Shown one piece after another: positions 63,804 to 64,000 of a stretch of 64,000 nucleotides of DNA. Source of the DNA: the human T2T-CHM13v2.0 reference genome, Homo sapiens; assembly GCF_009914755.1 (NCBI RefSeq), contig NC_060939.1, one strand, 5' to 3'. The number at the start of each line of letters is the position of its first letter. Positions within the stretch are counted from its first letter, which is position 1. The notes under the pieces are model-generated. The model ran no database searches, was not told the origin of the DNA, and worked only from the letters and a program-made list of their open reading frames with translations. Both the position numbers and the translations under genes were made by a program.

Positions 63804-64000
63804 CTTGTCTAGCTTTGAAGTAAACTGGTGATTTGACTCAGTGTAGTCATTTTTTCCTCAGTGTTTTCTGCAGGACCAACTAAGAGTGATTATGAGACTT
63901 ATTAATTGAAATAACAGAGATTTGTTTCCAGTGTACTTTCAAAATTCCAGAATTCACTAACTACGTAGACCCCATCTTGCTATTTCTGTATCCACAATCA

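Overview
Primate (human-like, ape-type) repeat-rich non-coding DNA. I could not support any cellular protein-coding exon; the locus is probably an intron or gene desert. It contains three L1PA3-like LINE-1 insertions. One is a twin-primed 5'-inverted copy (L1#1, 19.9-22.7 kb). One is a 5.2-kb copy with intact ORF1 and a 1187-aa ORF2 but no promoter and no target-site duplication (TSD) (L1#2, 29.7-34.9 kb). One is a 1.4-kb 5'-truncated copy with its own TSD (L1#3, 51.5-52.8 kb). Also present are ~8 Alus, MaLR/ERV solo LTRs (MLT2, THE1D, MST, MLT1, MER90-like), hAT DNA-transposon relics (MER20, MER45A, MER5-like), many MIR/L2/L3 fossils, two tailless Pol III retropseudogenes (7SL and 5S), and a ~1-kb TA-rich palindromic minisatellite. 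The most notable signal is that the three L1s are not independent. L1#2 and L1#3 share a ~770-bp tract of ~16 non-consensus changes, including the same ORF2 nonsense codon, with much more divergent sequence on either side, which is a gene-conversion signature. L1#1 and L1#2 share a further ~9 non-consensus changes. I see no evidence of a wholly new gene system. Repeat family calls rest on recalled consensus sequences, difference counts were made by eye, and boundaries of old elements are approximate.
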